From Candidatus Omnitrophota bacterium (lineage in GTDB: Bacteria; Omnitrophota; Omnitrophia; Omnitrophales; Aquincolibacteriaceae), in NCBI GenBank assembly GCA_022705945.1, contig JAKJDL010000001.1:163582-227581 (forward strand): a stretch of DNA of 64,000 nt, read 5' to 3'. The translations under genes were made by a program, and so were the position numbers. The notes beneath the pieces are model-generated. The model was not told where the DNA came from. It was given only the letters and a program-made list of their open reading frames with translations, and did no database searches. Numbering within the stretch: position 1 is the stretch's first letter; each line of letters starts with the position of its first letter. Below, piece by piece: positions 1 to 10,430 of the stretch.

Positions 1-1635
1 GAGCTCGCTGCCGCCAAAGGACCCTTCGCGGAATACAAGAAAAACGAATCTTCCATGCTACGGGTGATCGAAAAACACCGCGCCGCGGCCTATCAGATTC
101 CGGCGGAACACTGCTGGGACGATCTTCTGAAAGCCGCCCAGGAAGATTGGGACCTTGCTCTTGAGTTCGGCAAGCACCACGGTTACCGCAACGCCCAGGT
201 CTCCGTGATCGCCCCAACCGGAACGATCGGCCTCCTGATGGACTGCGATACGACCGGGATCGAACCTGATTTCGCGTTGGTAAAATTCAAAAAGCTCGCC
301 GGCGGCGGTTACTTCAAGATCATCAACCAGTCCGTTCCCGAAGCCCTGAAGCGTCTCGGCTATACCCCGGCGGAAGTTCAGAATATCGTCGAGTATGTGC
401 AGGGGACCGCCCATCTTGAAGGAACTCCCTGGATTAACCGTGAAACTCTGGCCGAGAAAGGATTTGCGGCCGAAGAGCTTGCGAAGATCGAAGCGGTACT
501 TCCCTCGGTTTTTGATCTTGGTTTTGCATTCACGAAATGGACCCTTGGGGAAGACACCCTGAAGCGCTTTGGTTTCAAACCGGAAGATTACAACCGCCCT
601 GATTTTAATTTTCTCGAGGCCCTCGGCTTTTCCCACTCGGAAATCGAGGAGGCCAACAATGTCATCTGCGGAATGATGACAATCGAGGGAGCGCCCCACC
701 TGAAGCATGAGCATCTTCCCATTTTCGATTGCGCGAACAAGTGCGGAAAATACGGAAAGCGTTATCTTGAGGCGATGTCCCATGTCCGGATGATGGCCGC
801 AGCCCAGCCTTTTATTTCCGGAGCCATTTCCAAGACCGTTAACCTCCCCAAAGAAATGACTGTCGAAGAGATCGAGGATATTTATCTCCACGCCTGGAAA
901 ATGGGCCTGAAAGCAGTAGCTCTCTACCGGGACGGCTCAAAACTCTCCCAGCCGCTCAACACCAAATCCAAGGATTCCGCGAGCGAAAAAACACCGGCCC
1001 CCAGGCTCGAGCGGAAACGTCTTCCCAAAAAACGGACCGGCATGACGGTGGAAGCGCGCGTCGGCGGACAGAAGGTTTACCTCCGAACCGGTGAGTATGA
1101 AGATGCCTCGCTTGGTGAAATTTTTATTGATATCCACAAGGAAGGTGCGGCGTTCCGCTCGATGATGAACTGCTTCGCGATCGCGGTATCGCTCGGCCTT
1201 CAGTACGGAGTTCCACTCGACGAGTTCGTTAATGTATTCACCTTCACCCGTTTTGAGCCCCAGGGAATGGTCGAACATCCCAACATCAAGATCTCAACTT
1301 CGATCGTGGATTATATCTTCCGGGTTCTCGGAATGGAGTATCTGGGCCGCACCGATTTCGTCCAGGTTCCACCCGACCCTTCAACGCTTGCGGTCGCAAG
1401 GAAACGGGATACAACCACAAAAACCTCAAGGATCGAAACACCTTCAAAAAAAATCCGGGCTGCAAACGAATTGAAAAATCCGGTCAAGGGAACTGCTGTT
1501 CCGTCCGGGGCAAACGAGCATCTTTCTCAAATGATGGGAGACGCGCCTTTCTGTCCGAATTGCGGGCACGTCACGGTGCGGAGCGGCGCCTGCTACAAGT
1601 GCCTCAACTGCGGCAGCAGCCTGGGCTGTTCCTGA
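1..1635 (+). CDS. nrdJ: Class II (adenosylcobalamin-dependent) ribonucleotide reductase, 3' portion; the gene starts upstream of the window
   Basis: The frame is open from position 1. The translation carries conserved RNR class II segments ([42 protein letters not shown]) and a C-terminal CxxC..CxxC tail (CPNCGH...CYKCLNCG). Confidence 0.85.
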   Translation, partial: ELAAAKGPFAEYKKNESSMLRVIEKHRAAAYQIPAEHCWDDLLKAAQEDWDLALEFGKHHGYRNAQVSVIAPTGTIGLLMDCDTTGIEPDFALVKFKKLAGGGYFKIINQSVPEALKRLGYTPAEVQNIVEYVQGTAHLEGTPWINRETLAEKGFAAEELAKIEAVLPSVFDLGFAFTKWTLGEDTLKRFGFKPEDYNRPDFNFLEALGFSHSEIEEANNVICGMMTIEGAPHLKHEHLPIFDCANKCGKYGKRYLEAMSHVRMMAAAQPFISGAISKTVNLPKEMTVEEIEDIYLHAWKMGLKAVALYRDGSKLSQPLNTKSKDSASEKTPAPRLERKRLPKKRTGMTVEARVGGQKVYLRTGEYEDASLGEIFIDIHKEGAAFRSMMNCFAIAVSLGLQYGVPLDEFVNVFTFTRFEPQGMVEHPNIKISTSIVDYIFRVLGMEYLGRTDFVQVPPDPSTLAVARKRDTTTKTSRIETPSKKIRAANELKNPVKGTAVPSGANEHLSQMMGDAPFCPNCGHVTVRSGACYKCLNCGSSLGCS

Positions 1636-2013
1636 TCCTCTCAAAAAAATACCCGGGAGGCATTCGGGATTTTCGGGGCATGGAAAAATCGGAAAAGCCT
1701 TGGAAAAACAAACCCGGTCTTCCCCCGTTGCTCCTTTTCTCCGCGCGGCACCGGCCCGGAGAACCTTCTCCCCGCCCGAATCTCCTGCAACGACAATAAA
1801 AGCGCCTTAAGCATCAAATCACCAAAGCTCTTCATCGTTTCGAGCGGACTGATCCCTGCTATCATCAACCACAAGTAATTTTTTTGAAGAAGAGCTTATA
1901 CGAGAAAGTTGCTGTAAAAAAGGGTGGGAAGATAAAAGAGGAGGCAAAAAACAGTAAGTCGCGGTGTGCCTCCATGTTTCAGGAAGAGACCAGCCTTAAA
2001 AAAGTAATCGAGA

Positions 2014-2057
2014 TAATCAAAAAGAGAGCCCCGGGCGGTAGAACTACCGTCCGGGGC
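2014..2057 (-). terminator. Putative intrinsic terminator downstream of the giant GH94 gene
   Basis: A ~12-14 bp GC-rich inverted repeat (gccccgggcggtag/ctaccgtccggggc, one G.U) is followed on the minus strand by ctctcTTTTTg. Confidence 0.5.
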
Positions 2058-2073
2058 AGTGATCATCCTGTTA

Positions 2074-5000
2074 TCAGGCCGTTGAAGTCTCCGGAGGGAA
2101 AATTGCCACTTTCCGCTGCGCGTTGGCTAAAAACGGATTGTTTTTGAACGGGCTTTTTGAAGTATCCCGGTCAATTTTGAGAACCCGGAGAGGGCCTCGC
2201 GGTTTCGAAAGATCGTCCGGCAAAAGCAGTTCGTTATGGACCAATACCGCTCCTGCCACACCTTCAAAAGCCTGGCGGAGCATCCAACCCGCGGCGCCGG
2301 TATATCCGTTCCAGATCATCCGGCCCGGCTCAAAGGTCGTAAGGAAGTCGGCCGGCTGTTTGTTCGGCTGGCCGCCGTAGATCTCTATTTCCTCCGGCGT
2401 CACGTGCGCAAGCGGCGAGATCTTCGACCAGAGGCGGAAGGAGGTCCCTCTGTATTCGTCAGCCTTCGTATGATCGCCCCGTTTTTCATATTCTTCGGCG
2501 ATCAGCCGCGCTGCACGCACAAGCCACTGAACTCCGTGGCAATACATACCATTTTCACGAACCCCTTCCGGATATTTACTGCTCCGCCCGAGATAAGGTT
2601 TCGTATCCTCGCGCAAAGCGGGCCATCCGAGGAGAATCACGCTTCCTCGTTCAAGCACGGAAAGAGCCGTGTTGAAGATCGTAACGCCCCGGTCAAAATT
2701 GATTCCGGTCATAATTGACCAGGCCGCCGTCAAAGCGTCAATTTCCCAAACTCCGCTGTCCTTAACGCCGATCTCGGTACCGTCATCGTGAATAGCCCGG
2801 AGGTAACGGTCCCCGCGCCAGGTCTTCTCAAGCGCTCCGGCAAGAGCCTTCATTCGGACTTCATAATATTCTTTCCGCTTTACGCCGTCCTTTCGTTCGA
2901 TTGCCGGCAACATTTCCTTGAGAATGTAATAGAGGAAAAATCCCAGCCACACACTCTCCCCTTTACCCTCACTTCCAATCTCATCTAGCCCATCATTCCA
3001 ATCCCCCACCCCCATGAGGGGAAGACCGTTCCGCCCCATCTTGCGGTTAAGAACGGTATCGATCGACCGCATGCAGTGGCGGTAAACCGTGTCCGCACGC
3101 GTCGAGCGCCCGTAGAGCGCTCCCCATCCGTGCTTGTTCTTCGGAAGCGGCGAAAACGGGAACTCGGATGACACATAGGACGTCATTTCGTCAAGGATCG
3201 TGTCATCCCCCGTGATCCGGATATATTCCCCAACGCCCCACGCGATCCAAAGCAGATTGTCGGAGGCGTGGGATCGGCAAGAAAAAGCCGACCGGCCGTC
3301 CGGCAGAGTGAAGAACCAGTGAAAAACATCGCCTTCAAGAAACTGCTGAGAAGCGTGAAGAATGATCTGCTTTCTTGCAAGCGCCGGATCGACCCAGGTC
3401 AGGTTTACCGTATCCTGAAGCTGATCGCGAAAACCATAGGCACCGCTCGTCTGATAAAAACCGCGGCGGGCCCAAATACGTTCCGCAAGCGCCTGGTACT
3501 TGAGCCAATTAAGGTAACGGTCAAATTCCGGCTGATTGGTCTGAAGCACTGCGGTTCCCATGAGACTGAGCCACCACTCCCGGGTATCCTCGAGCGTCTT
3601 TTTCACCGTTTCCAGGTTCTTGTACTTCTGAACAAGCCGGACGGCTTCTTTCTTCTGATCCGTCTGCCCGAGGATGATCGCTACCGTTTGCTCGCCGCGG
3701 GCCGGAAGTTCCAGCGTCCCGAGGAAGGAAGCGATCTGCGCCTGGTCCGTAAGCTGTTTTGTGTCGGACTCCGCGCATTCGACAAAATACGGTTGAACCG
3801 GCCCCCGGCCACTTCCGAAAAACCGCCCCCTTTGAGTTTCAACGCAGTCCGCGGGGATCGACATGGAAACAAATGCCGGCCCCGAACGGAATATGTTGCG
3901 CGGATTTTCGAAAAACAGCGCATCAAGCGTTTTGTCGTAATTTGTTACGAGCGGCCCGGAGCGCTCCGGCTGGAACGCAAGCGCCATCTGGAAATACGGC
4001 GCGATACGGATCTTTCTCGGCCGGTCTTCATGGTTATGGACAGTTAAAAGATAGACCCCCATCGGATCCCCGGTCGGGACGAACACCGTAAGTTCAGTCG
4101 ATAGATTCCCTTTCGACATCCGGAATATCGCAGTACCATCCACACCAAACTCACACTCGTTCTTCGCATTGACATCGTTCAGCGGATGATGCGTCGGCGA
4201 ATACCATTCACCGCTGTCGGGTTCATAAAGATAAATGGCTTCCGACGGAATCTCCCGCGTAACCGTGTCCGGCCAATCCGGCGTCAGACGGTTTTGCTGG
4301 GAGTTACCGTTACAGGAAGTGTGAAGCCCGCGGTTTGTGACCATCACGGAATGCACCGGATTCGACATGCCGTGGTCGAAAGGCCTCGGGGTGAACGGAG
4401 TCTTGATTAGGAGCTTGTTCCCGTTCTCGCGAAAATCATAATAAGGCTGCGGAGTTCCCTGGGGGATCTCCCCGTGCCCGATCAAGAGCGCATGCGGCCT
4501 CGGGCGGAAGGACGACTGCGCTTTTGCGGGATTGGGTTTCAGATGCTTCTGAACCATATCAAGAGCTTTCTCTTTTTTCTTCGCGTATCCGATCATCAGC
4601 CGCACCGTCCGCGACGCCTTCGCCTCAACCGGAAGATGGATCAGAAAACTTCCGATCGGATCAAAGGTCGGGCAGGCCGGAGTATCCTTCGCTTCGAGAA
4701 AATCGAGCGTCTCTAGCACCCGGGGAGACCAAATGCTCCGGGCGCGGCCGATGAAATCCACCCGGCCGGTCAAGAATCCTTCCGGAGCAATGTCGGAGGC
4801 AAGAAACCCCATGGATTTCGTGCTTTTATTCCATGAAAGCATGGTGTTCGAAGCGCTGAGGTATTGCATTTCAGGATAAAGACGCTGGTATTGCGTGTGG
4901 AAACGGTCATGCATCCAGCCGTTCAGAACCCACTCAAGATACGGAACAACCTTGAGCTGACGGTTTCGGTCCGTCGTATTCTCAACCCTGACGGTCCAGA

Positions 5001-8000
5001 TTTCGGCCGTGCTGTCCTGGTCAGGAAGCGCGATCTCGATCGTTGTCCGGATCCCCCGGTTCGCGTTCGTGATCCTGAGTTTTTCCCCGACCTTTTCGGC
5101 TTTGGAAGGAGCAAAATAGTGCTCGGGGAAATTTCCGGAAACCGGCCAGGCCCGCTCGGAACTTCCCGGATTTTCAGAATCATCCACAAGGAAAAGAATC
5201 CGTCCGCAAGGATCTACAAGGTCGTAAGAACGGCGGCTGACGTCACACTCTTTGCCGATCACTTCACTGAAAACCTCGGTGTTTTCCTTCATGGTCACGC
5301 GGTATTCGCGGTTCGCGATCTCAAATCCCGCGACCTGGCGTTTTTGAGAGCGCCGGTAAAGCGCCCGGGCGATCGCGGAACCCGCGGTACATAACGCCAC
5401 CCCCGAAACAATCACGAGGAGGAGCTGGGGCAGAGGCATGGCCTGAAGCGTCGGAACCAGCCCTGACCCTTTATTCGCGTTCTGGATGGCTTCCGCCGTG
5501 TTCCAGGCATATTCCCACTGATCGCCGCGAGGGATATAGAACGGGATCAAAAGCGGGGCCCATGTTGTGAAACGCTTTACGCCTTCAGGAATATAACGCT
5601 GCGCAACGGCAGGGCCGATAAAACGGGCGATCTTTTCGTCAAGTTTGTCCATCCCGAGAAAGCTCAGGTTCACAAGCGTCGCGACCCGGAGCCCCATGTG
5701 ATCCATCCAGATCAGCACGCGGAAAAAATCAAACGCGAGCACCCAAATGAATGTCTGCAAACTCCATGCGTTAAACGCCTCCGGAGACATCGTGAAGTTG
5801 TTGTAAATCGCGAACATGGTGCGGATCGCCCCGTCCTGGTTATACCAGGTCGGATTGGGCATCATGCGCAGGAACGTCGCGATGATGGGCGACATCCAGA
5901 GACCCCACCGGAGAACGTAGATCATGTTTTCCGTCAGGGTCGCAAAACCCGCTTTGGAGAAAAAGTGTTTGATCGGCGTCTTGTCTTTATCAAAGAACGC
6001 CTGCATGAAAGCCTTGTTGATCGCGAAAAGCCACGCCGCGACCGCCCAGTTGATGACCCCCGCAAGAGATTCGCAGTAGATCAGCTTGGCGCCGCCGGTA
6101 TATTGACCGAGATCAATCCGGCCCCATTTGTTCACGAGAGGAAAAGTGACGAAATCTCTCGCCTGAAACCCGGATGAAACATAAAGCTTGAACTTTTCAA
6201 TCACAACCGGCACCTGCAGGGCGTCGAGATAAAATGCCATCATGCTTCCGACAAACGCCCCGAGAACACCGTCCGTCAGGTAGAGCCTCCAGGTCTGCAG
6301 TTTCCCCTGTTTTCTCACCGCATAGATCAAATCGCGAAGGATGCTGACGCCGGCGGACGCGGCAAGACCGATCATGAATCCGAAATTGATGCGCTCCGAC
6401 ATTTCCTTGACGAACATGCCTTGCGTGATCATGTAAGCAAATCCGAAACCGACCACGGCGCCCCGGAGGTAAAGCGTCCAGTTCCGGTAGCTGTATTGGA
6501 GACGGTCAAAGAACTGGAGACTTCCGTCAAAGGTTTCGATAATGGTCTTGGCGAGCGGGAAAAGCAGTGCGCCCATTACAACGCCGACAGCCAGCGGGGC
6601 CCCGGACATGACGGCCTGGGAAATGCTTGTCCCGAGCAGCATGGAAAGCGAATAAAGAAGCGCCATCAGGATTCCGCTGTAGAAAAAACCTTTCTTCATG
6701 CCGAGATTTATGTGACTGGAGAGCGTTTCCGAGGTCGGCATCGCCCGTTTCCCGGCATCAAGAAGGATCCCGGTAATGAGATAGACTTCACCCCAAAGAC
6801 CCGCAAAGGCCAGCATCGTCGCCAGAGTCGCGGCGACAGCCTGAATGACCGTCGGCCAGGTACCTAGGACAGGCATTGAGCCGAGATCCGCGATCAGCGG
6901 AGAAATCACCACCCCAAGGGACGCCAGAAAGATCGAAAGGTGCGCCTTCCCGGCATTCACCGTCCTGCCTTTGGTCACAAGCCCGATTCCGTTCACCATG
7001 ATCTCATTAAAAATAAAAACAACGACCAGGCGTCCGAGTGTTTCCATGGCAAGCGGCCATGAGCTCAGTATCCCGAAAGTCAGCGCGCCCGTCATTTTCC
7101 GGAGGAAAACCGCGTTCTCGAGAAGAAGCAGCCACCCGAAAAAGAACGGAGTCCCGGCTATCATTCCTCCGGCCGCGGGGCTCAGGTGTTTTTTGGAAGT
7201 TGCCATCGCGTTCGCGTTTAGAACGTGATAGATCATAAACGCGACCGAAGCCGTAAAACGGTTGATCATAAGAAGCTGGGTCCAGCCCGCCGGAGCCTGG
7301 AGGATCCCGAGACTGCTCGACGCAACCGCAAGCAGGCCCGAAAAAGTCATATCCTGAAAAACTTCGGAAGGAGTCAGGTGTTTCCCCGTATGGATCACCT
7401 TTAAAAGTCCCGATATAAGGACCCCGAGGATTCCTATCGTCACAAAATGGAACGTAAATCCGGCATCAAGCGGATTGATCGCGCCGATCGCATAGATCGC
7501 AATAGCCGTGCCGATTATCGCGACAGTCACAATGCCGTATAAAATATCCCGCAAGATCCCGGTAGTGACAAACAACTTCCCGGACGGCGGGAAAAACCGG
7601 GTAAGGATCGTGGCAAGAAAAGTGAGAAGAGCCGCCGCAAAAAGAAGGATTCCGGTTTTGATAAAGATACCGTATTTCTGGAGGAAGGTAAGCTTGCCGA
7701 ACTCCAGGTCAAAATAGAAAGTTCCTTCTGCCGTTTTCCCTTCGGGGGAAGCCATCGGATGCACCACAAAAACCACTTCTCCGATCTCGCCGATCGTATT
7801 CCAGCTGATCGGTTCGCACCAGGTGTTCTGCCCGGCCTTGAGCGAAAGCGGAATGGTCTGCATTCCCGCCGGCCCCTTGATCTCGGCCTTGAGCGCGGCT
7901 TCCTTGAGCTGCGAGGGGTCTTCAACCGTCACACGGATCTTCACAGCGTCCGCAATCTTTCCGTTCAGATCGGGGTGGTAATCCTTTGACCAGACGCCCA

Positions 8001-9249
8001 CCACGGATCCTTGGGGAAGTTTATAGTCGAACTTCCAGATATCCCGGCCTGCCGATTCGTCAAAAAACCCCGTGACCGAGCCCTGAGAGTTTCCGATATT
8101 GAATACACCCTTCTCCCCCGCGTCCATCAGGCTGAAAGGAGTGAGGCTTTCCACCGTTCCGGGAATTTCCGAAAGATTCAAGAAATCCAGCGCAATATAG
8201 ACCGTGCCGCGGGCTTCTCCGCCGCCCTTTGGCGCGACGGTAAAGAGAACTTGTTTCAGTGTCCCCACCGTTTTCCAGTCAATGGCTCCGAGCACCGAAT
8301 TCCACCCCGATTTAACCGGAACCTGGAGGATCTGCTTGCCGAGACCTCCCTGAAGTTCGGCCTGAATTGTCAGGCTGTCCGCTTGTCCCTCTTCCGGAAT
8401 TCGGATTCCGATTTTAACGGCGTTGGTATTAAAAGAGTTCAGGTCTGTCGGAAAATTTTTTGTCCAAAGCTGAATCGCAGCGCCCTGGGGAAGCGTGTAT
8501 CCAAAATCAAGGACATCTTTTTCGGAAACCTCGTCAAAAGTCGTGACCACGGATCCCCTGGCCGCACCGATGGCGGTGGTTCCGTATTTCCGGGTATCCT
8601 CGACCGGAGCCTGGACGGCGGAAGCTTCCCGGATCTGTACCGGGAGAGCCGCAACGGTTTGGGGAACAGAAGCTGACCTGGAAAAATCAAGGGAAAGCAA
8701 AAGGCTTCCTTTGGCCAGCGATACTTCCGGAGCCGGCGTGATCACGAACGCGATCCCGCTCAGTTCGCCGATGGTCGCCCAATCGATCGTTTCCTGAACC
8801 TGGCTCCATCCCTGCTTCAGGCGAAAAGGGATCGTCTGGATCCCGGTATCTCCTTTGAGCTCAAGCGCAACGCTGACCTGACCGGCCTCGCTAGCATCAA
8901 AAAAACTGACTCCGGCTTTGACGGTATTGACGGTCTCTTCTCCGAGATCAGAAGGAAAACTTTTAGCCCAGATTTGAAGCACCGCCCCGGCCGGGACAGA
9001 GTAACTTCCGTCGAGGACATCCTTGCGGAGGGTTTCATCATAGGTCGCCGTGACATTCCCCTTGGCTTCCAAAGTGCCGGTCGCTCCCTTTTCTTTGGCC
9101 GCAAGAAGATCAAAGGAACGCCCGGGTTCCGCGAACAGGGGCCCGGAAATAAAAAAAATCGCCGCCGCGACAACAATGCTGGCCGCGAAACGGCGATGAT
9201 GGATGTTTGTGAATGAAAAAGGCCCGCTTGATCGTGAAGTTAAAAGCAT
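2074..9249 (-). CDS. Giant (2391 aa) polytopic membrane protein. It has a signal peptide, three tandem ~150-aa extracytoplasmic beta-sandwich (CBM-like) repeats, a ~800-aa domain with roughly 20 hydrophobic (candidate TM) segments, and a C-terminal GH94-type glycoside phosphorylase module (cellobiose phosphorylase / NdvB-like).
   Basis: The N-terminus has RRF...AAIFFISGPLFA-EP, a signal-peptide pattern. Three internally similar segments each contain the pattern D..G(Y/F)..P.G..(L/I)Q(I/L)W(A/T)K.FP.DL...K.G...W..(V/I). A long run of hydrophobic helices follows. The C-terminal ~1100 aa include RGFYQTSGAYGFRDQLQD and YCHGVQW..., as expected of a GH94 (alpha/alpha)6 catalytic domain preceded by GH94 N-terminal sandwich domains. 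Confidence 0.7.
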   Translation of the reverse strand: MLLTSRSSGPFSFTNIHHRRFAASIVVAAAIFFISGPLFAEPGRSFDLLAAKEKGATGTLEAKGNVTATYDETLRKDVLDGSYSVPAGAVLQIWAKSFPSDLGEETVNTVKAGVSFFDASEAGQVSVALELKGDTGIQTIPFRLKQGWSQVQETIDWATIGELSGIAFVITPAPEVSLAKGSLLLSLDFSRSASVPQTVAALPVQIREASAVQAPVEDTRKYGTTAIGAARGSVVTTFDEVSEKDVLDFGYTLPQGAAIQLWTKNFPTDLNSFNTNAVKIGIRIPEEGQADSLTIQAELQGGLGKQILQVPVKSGWNSVLGAIDWKTVGTLKQVLFTVAPKGGGEARGTVYIALDFLNLSEIPGTVESLTPFSLMDAGEKGVFNIGNSQGSVTGFFDESAGRDIWKFDYKLPQGSVVGVWSKDYHPDLNGKIADAVKIRVTVEDPSQLKEAALKAEIKGPAGMQTIPLSLKAGQNTWCEPISWNTIGEIGEVVFVVHPMASPEGKTAEGTFYFDLEFGKLTFLQKYGIFIKTGILLFAAALLTFLATILTRFFPPSGKLFVTTGILRDILYGIVTVAIIGTAIAIYAIGAINPLDAGFTFHFVTIGILGVLISGLLKVIHTGKHLTPSEVFQDMTFSGLLAVASSSLGILQAPAGWTQLLMINRFTASVAFMIYHVLNANAMATSKKHLSPAAGGMIAGTPFFFGWLLLLENAVFLRKMTGALTFGILSSWPLAMETLGRLVVVFIFNEIMVNGIGLVTKGRTVNAGKAHLSIFLASLGVVISPLIADLGSMPVLGTWPTVIQAVAATLATMLAFAGLWGEVYLITGILLDAGKRAMPTSETLSSHINLGMKKGFFYSGILMALLYSLSMLLGTSISQAVMSGAPLAVGVVMGALLFPLAKTIIETFDGSLQFFDRLQYSYRNWTLYLRGAVVGFGFAYMITQGMFVKEMSERINFGFMIGLAASAGVSILRDLIYAVRKQGKLQTWRLYLTDGVLGAFVGSMMAFYLDALQVPVVIEKFKLYVSSGFQARDFVTFPLVNKWGRIDLGQYTGGAKLIYCESLAGVINWAVAAWLFAINKAFMQAFFDKDKTPIKHFFSKAGFATLTENMIYVLRWGLWMSPIIATFLRMMPNPTWYNQDGAIRTMFAIYNNFTMSPEAFNAWSLQTFIWVLAFDFFRVLIWMDHMGLRVATLVNLSFLGMDKLDEKIARFIGPAVAQRYIPEGVKRFTTWAPLLIPFYIPRGDQWEYAWNTAEAIQNANKGSGLVPTLQAMPLPQLLLVIVSGVALCTAGSAIARALYRRSQKRQVAGFEIANREYRVTMKENTEVFSEVIGKECDVSRRSYDLVDPCGRILFLVDDSENPGSSERAWPVSGNFPEHYFAPSKAEKVGEKLRITNANRGIRTTIEIALPDQDSTAEIWTVRVENTTDRNRQLKVVPYLEWVLNGWMHDRFHTQYQRLYPEMQYLSASNTMLSWNKSTKSMGFLASDIAPEGFLTGRVDFIGRARSIWSPRVLETLDFLEAKDTPACPTFDPIGSFLIHLPVEAKASRTVRLMIGYAKKKEKALDMVQKHLKPNPAKAQSSFRPRPHALLIGHGEIPQGTPQPYYDFRENGNKLLIKTPFTPRPFDHGMSNPVHSVMVTNRGLHTSCNGNSQQNRLTPDWPDTVTREIPSEAIYLYEPDSGEWYSPTHHPLNDVNAKNECEFGVDGTAIFRMSKGNLSTELTVFVPTGDPMGVYLLTVHNHEDRPRKIRIAPYFQMALAFQPERSGPLVTNYDKTLDALFFENPRNIFRSGPAFVSMSIPADCVETQRGRFFGSGRGPVQPYFVECAESDTKQLTDQAQIASFLGTLELPARGEQTVAIILGQTDQKKEAVRLVQKYKNLETVKKTLEDTREWWLSLMGTAVLQTNQPEFDRYLNWLKYQALAERIWARRGFYQTSGAYGFRDQLQDTVNLTWVDPALARKQIILHASQQFLEGDVFHWFFTLPDGRSAFSCRSHASDNLLWIAWGVGEYIRITGDDTILDEMTSYVSSEFPFSPLPKNKHGWGALYGRSTRADTVYRHCMRSIDTVLNRKMGRNGLPLMGVGDWNDGLDEIGSEGKGESVWLGFFLYYILKEMLPAIERKDGVKRKEYYEVRMKALAGALEKTWRGDRYLRAIHDDGTEIGVKDSGVWEIDALTAAWSIMTGINFDRGVTIFNTALSVLERGSVILLGWPALREDTKPYLGRSSKYPEGVRENGMYCHGVQWLVRAARLIAEEYEKRGDHTKADEYRGTSFRLWSKISPLAHVTPEEIEIYGGQPNKQPADFLTTFEPGRMIWNGYTGAAGWMLRQAFEGVAGAVLVHNELLLPDDLSKPRGPLRVLKIDRDTSKSPFKNNPFLANAQRKVAIFPPETSTA

Positions 9250-9481
9250 CTTTTTTCTACCTTTCTTTAATCAGTGAAGTAACTTTCGAAAAAAAATCCC
9301 CACATGGTCTTACCTGAGGAAAATAAACCAGCGAAAATATGATGCCTGATCAAAGAATCAAGACGGGGTATTATACCCAAAACAAACCTTTTCGGAAGTA
9401 TTGTTTTAGTCCGTTTTTATGCTTTTGCCCCTTGCCTTTTATGCAGATACCCACGCCCTTATCACCAGGGAGGTCCGTCAT

Positions 9482-9522
9482 TAAAAAAAGAAAAAGCGGC
9501 GGCTGTGTGAACGGCCGCCGCT
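9482..9522 (-). terminator. Intrinsic terminator after hflC
   Basis: A 9-bp GC stem (agcggcggc/gccgccgct) with a 10-nt loop is followed on the minus strand by TTTCTTTTTTTAA. Confidence 0.6.
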
Positions 9523-9554
9523 TTCCCTGACCTGTTACCGGTCCTTAGAAATCT

Positions 9555-10430
9555 TTAGTTCTTGTTGCCGTAATTGTTTTTCAGATGCCGGAGAACATCC
9601 GAGTCGGGCGAAAAAAGAAACGTCGTCTTGTCCTGGAAACCTTTTTCATACGCCTCAAGACTCCGGACAAAGGTATAGAAATCCGCATCCTGCCCGTAAG
9701 CTTCCGCATAGACCCGGGTCGCAACGGCATCACCCTCCCCCCGCAACTCTTGACTCTCCTCATAGGCTTTGGCCATAATGATCGTGCGGTTCTTATCAGT
9801 CTCGCCGCGGATCTTGAAAGCTTCTTCTTCCCCCTCGGAACGGTATCGCTTGGCGATCCTCTGGCGTTCCGCTTTCATTCGCGCGAAAACACTTTCCTGG
9901 ACCTCCTGCGGAAGATCGGCCCGCTTGATCCTCACGTCAACGAGCTCGATACCGAATTTTTCGGCCTGTTTTCGCGCGTTCCCCGCGATCGTGTCCATGA
10001 TGTTCTCACGCTCACTCGCGATGATCTTGCTGAAATCATGGCTCGCAAGCTCGCGTCTCATTTCGGAAAACACGATATCATCAAGACGCGCCTTCGCCCC
10101 GGCAAGATCGCGCACGGTTTTATAGAACATGAGAGGATCCGTGATCTTCCAGCGCGTCACATGATCCGCGACAAGCCTTTTTTTATCGAGCGTCAGATAC
10201 TCGGCCGGCAGCGCACCGCTCGTGAGAATTCTCTTTTCAAAAAAGTGCGCCCGTTCGAACACCGGAATCTTGAGCTTCAGTCCCGGTTTCTGAAGAGTCC
10301 TCTTGTATTCCCCGAGCCGGGTAACGATCACCTGGTTCGTTTCATCCACGATAAAAACTGTGGAAGGGAAAAGAAAAACCGCCGAGAGTATCACGATGGG
10401 CCAAAATCTCAAAAACATCGCCGCGTTCAT
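9555..10430 (-). CDS. hflC: HflC, SPFH/band-7 protease modulator
   Basis: It has an N-terminal TM helix then an SPFH domain (VDETNQVIVTRLGEY..., KRADLPQEV). It overlaps hflK by 4 nt. Confidence 0.85.
   Translation of the reverse strand: MNAAMFLRFWPIVILSAVFLFPSTVFIVDETNQVIVTRLGEYKRTLQKPGLKLKIPVFERAHFFEKRILTSGALPAEYLTLDKKRLVADHVTRWKITDPLMFYKTVRDLAGAKARLDDIVFSEMRRELASHDFSKIIASERENIMDTIAGNARKQAEKFGIELVDVRIKRADLPQEVQESVFARMKAERQRIAKRYRSEGEEEAFKIRGETDKNRTIIMAKAYEESQELRGEGDAVATRVYAEAYGQDADFYTFVRSLEAYEKGFQDKTTFLFSPDSDVLRHLKNNYGNKN

Noticed and set aside
1884-2147. 87-aa Lys-rich ORF in the nrdJ / giant-gene intergenic region
   Set aside because: It starts at TTG with no SD and overlaps the 3' end of the giant gene and its terminator hairpin. 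It is probably AT-rich spacer rather than a gene.
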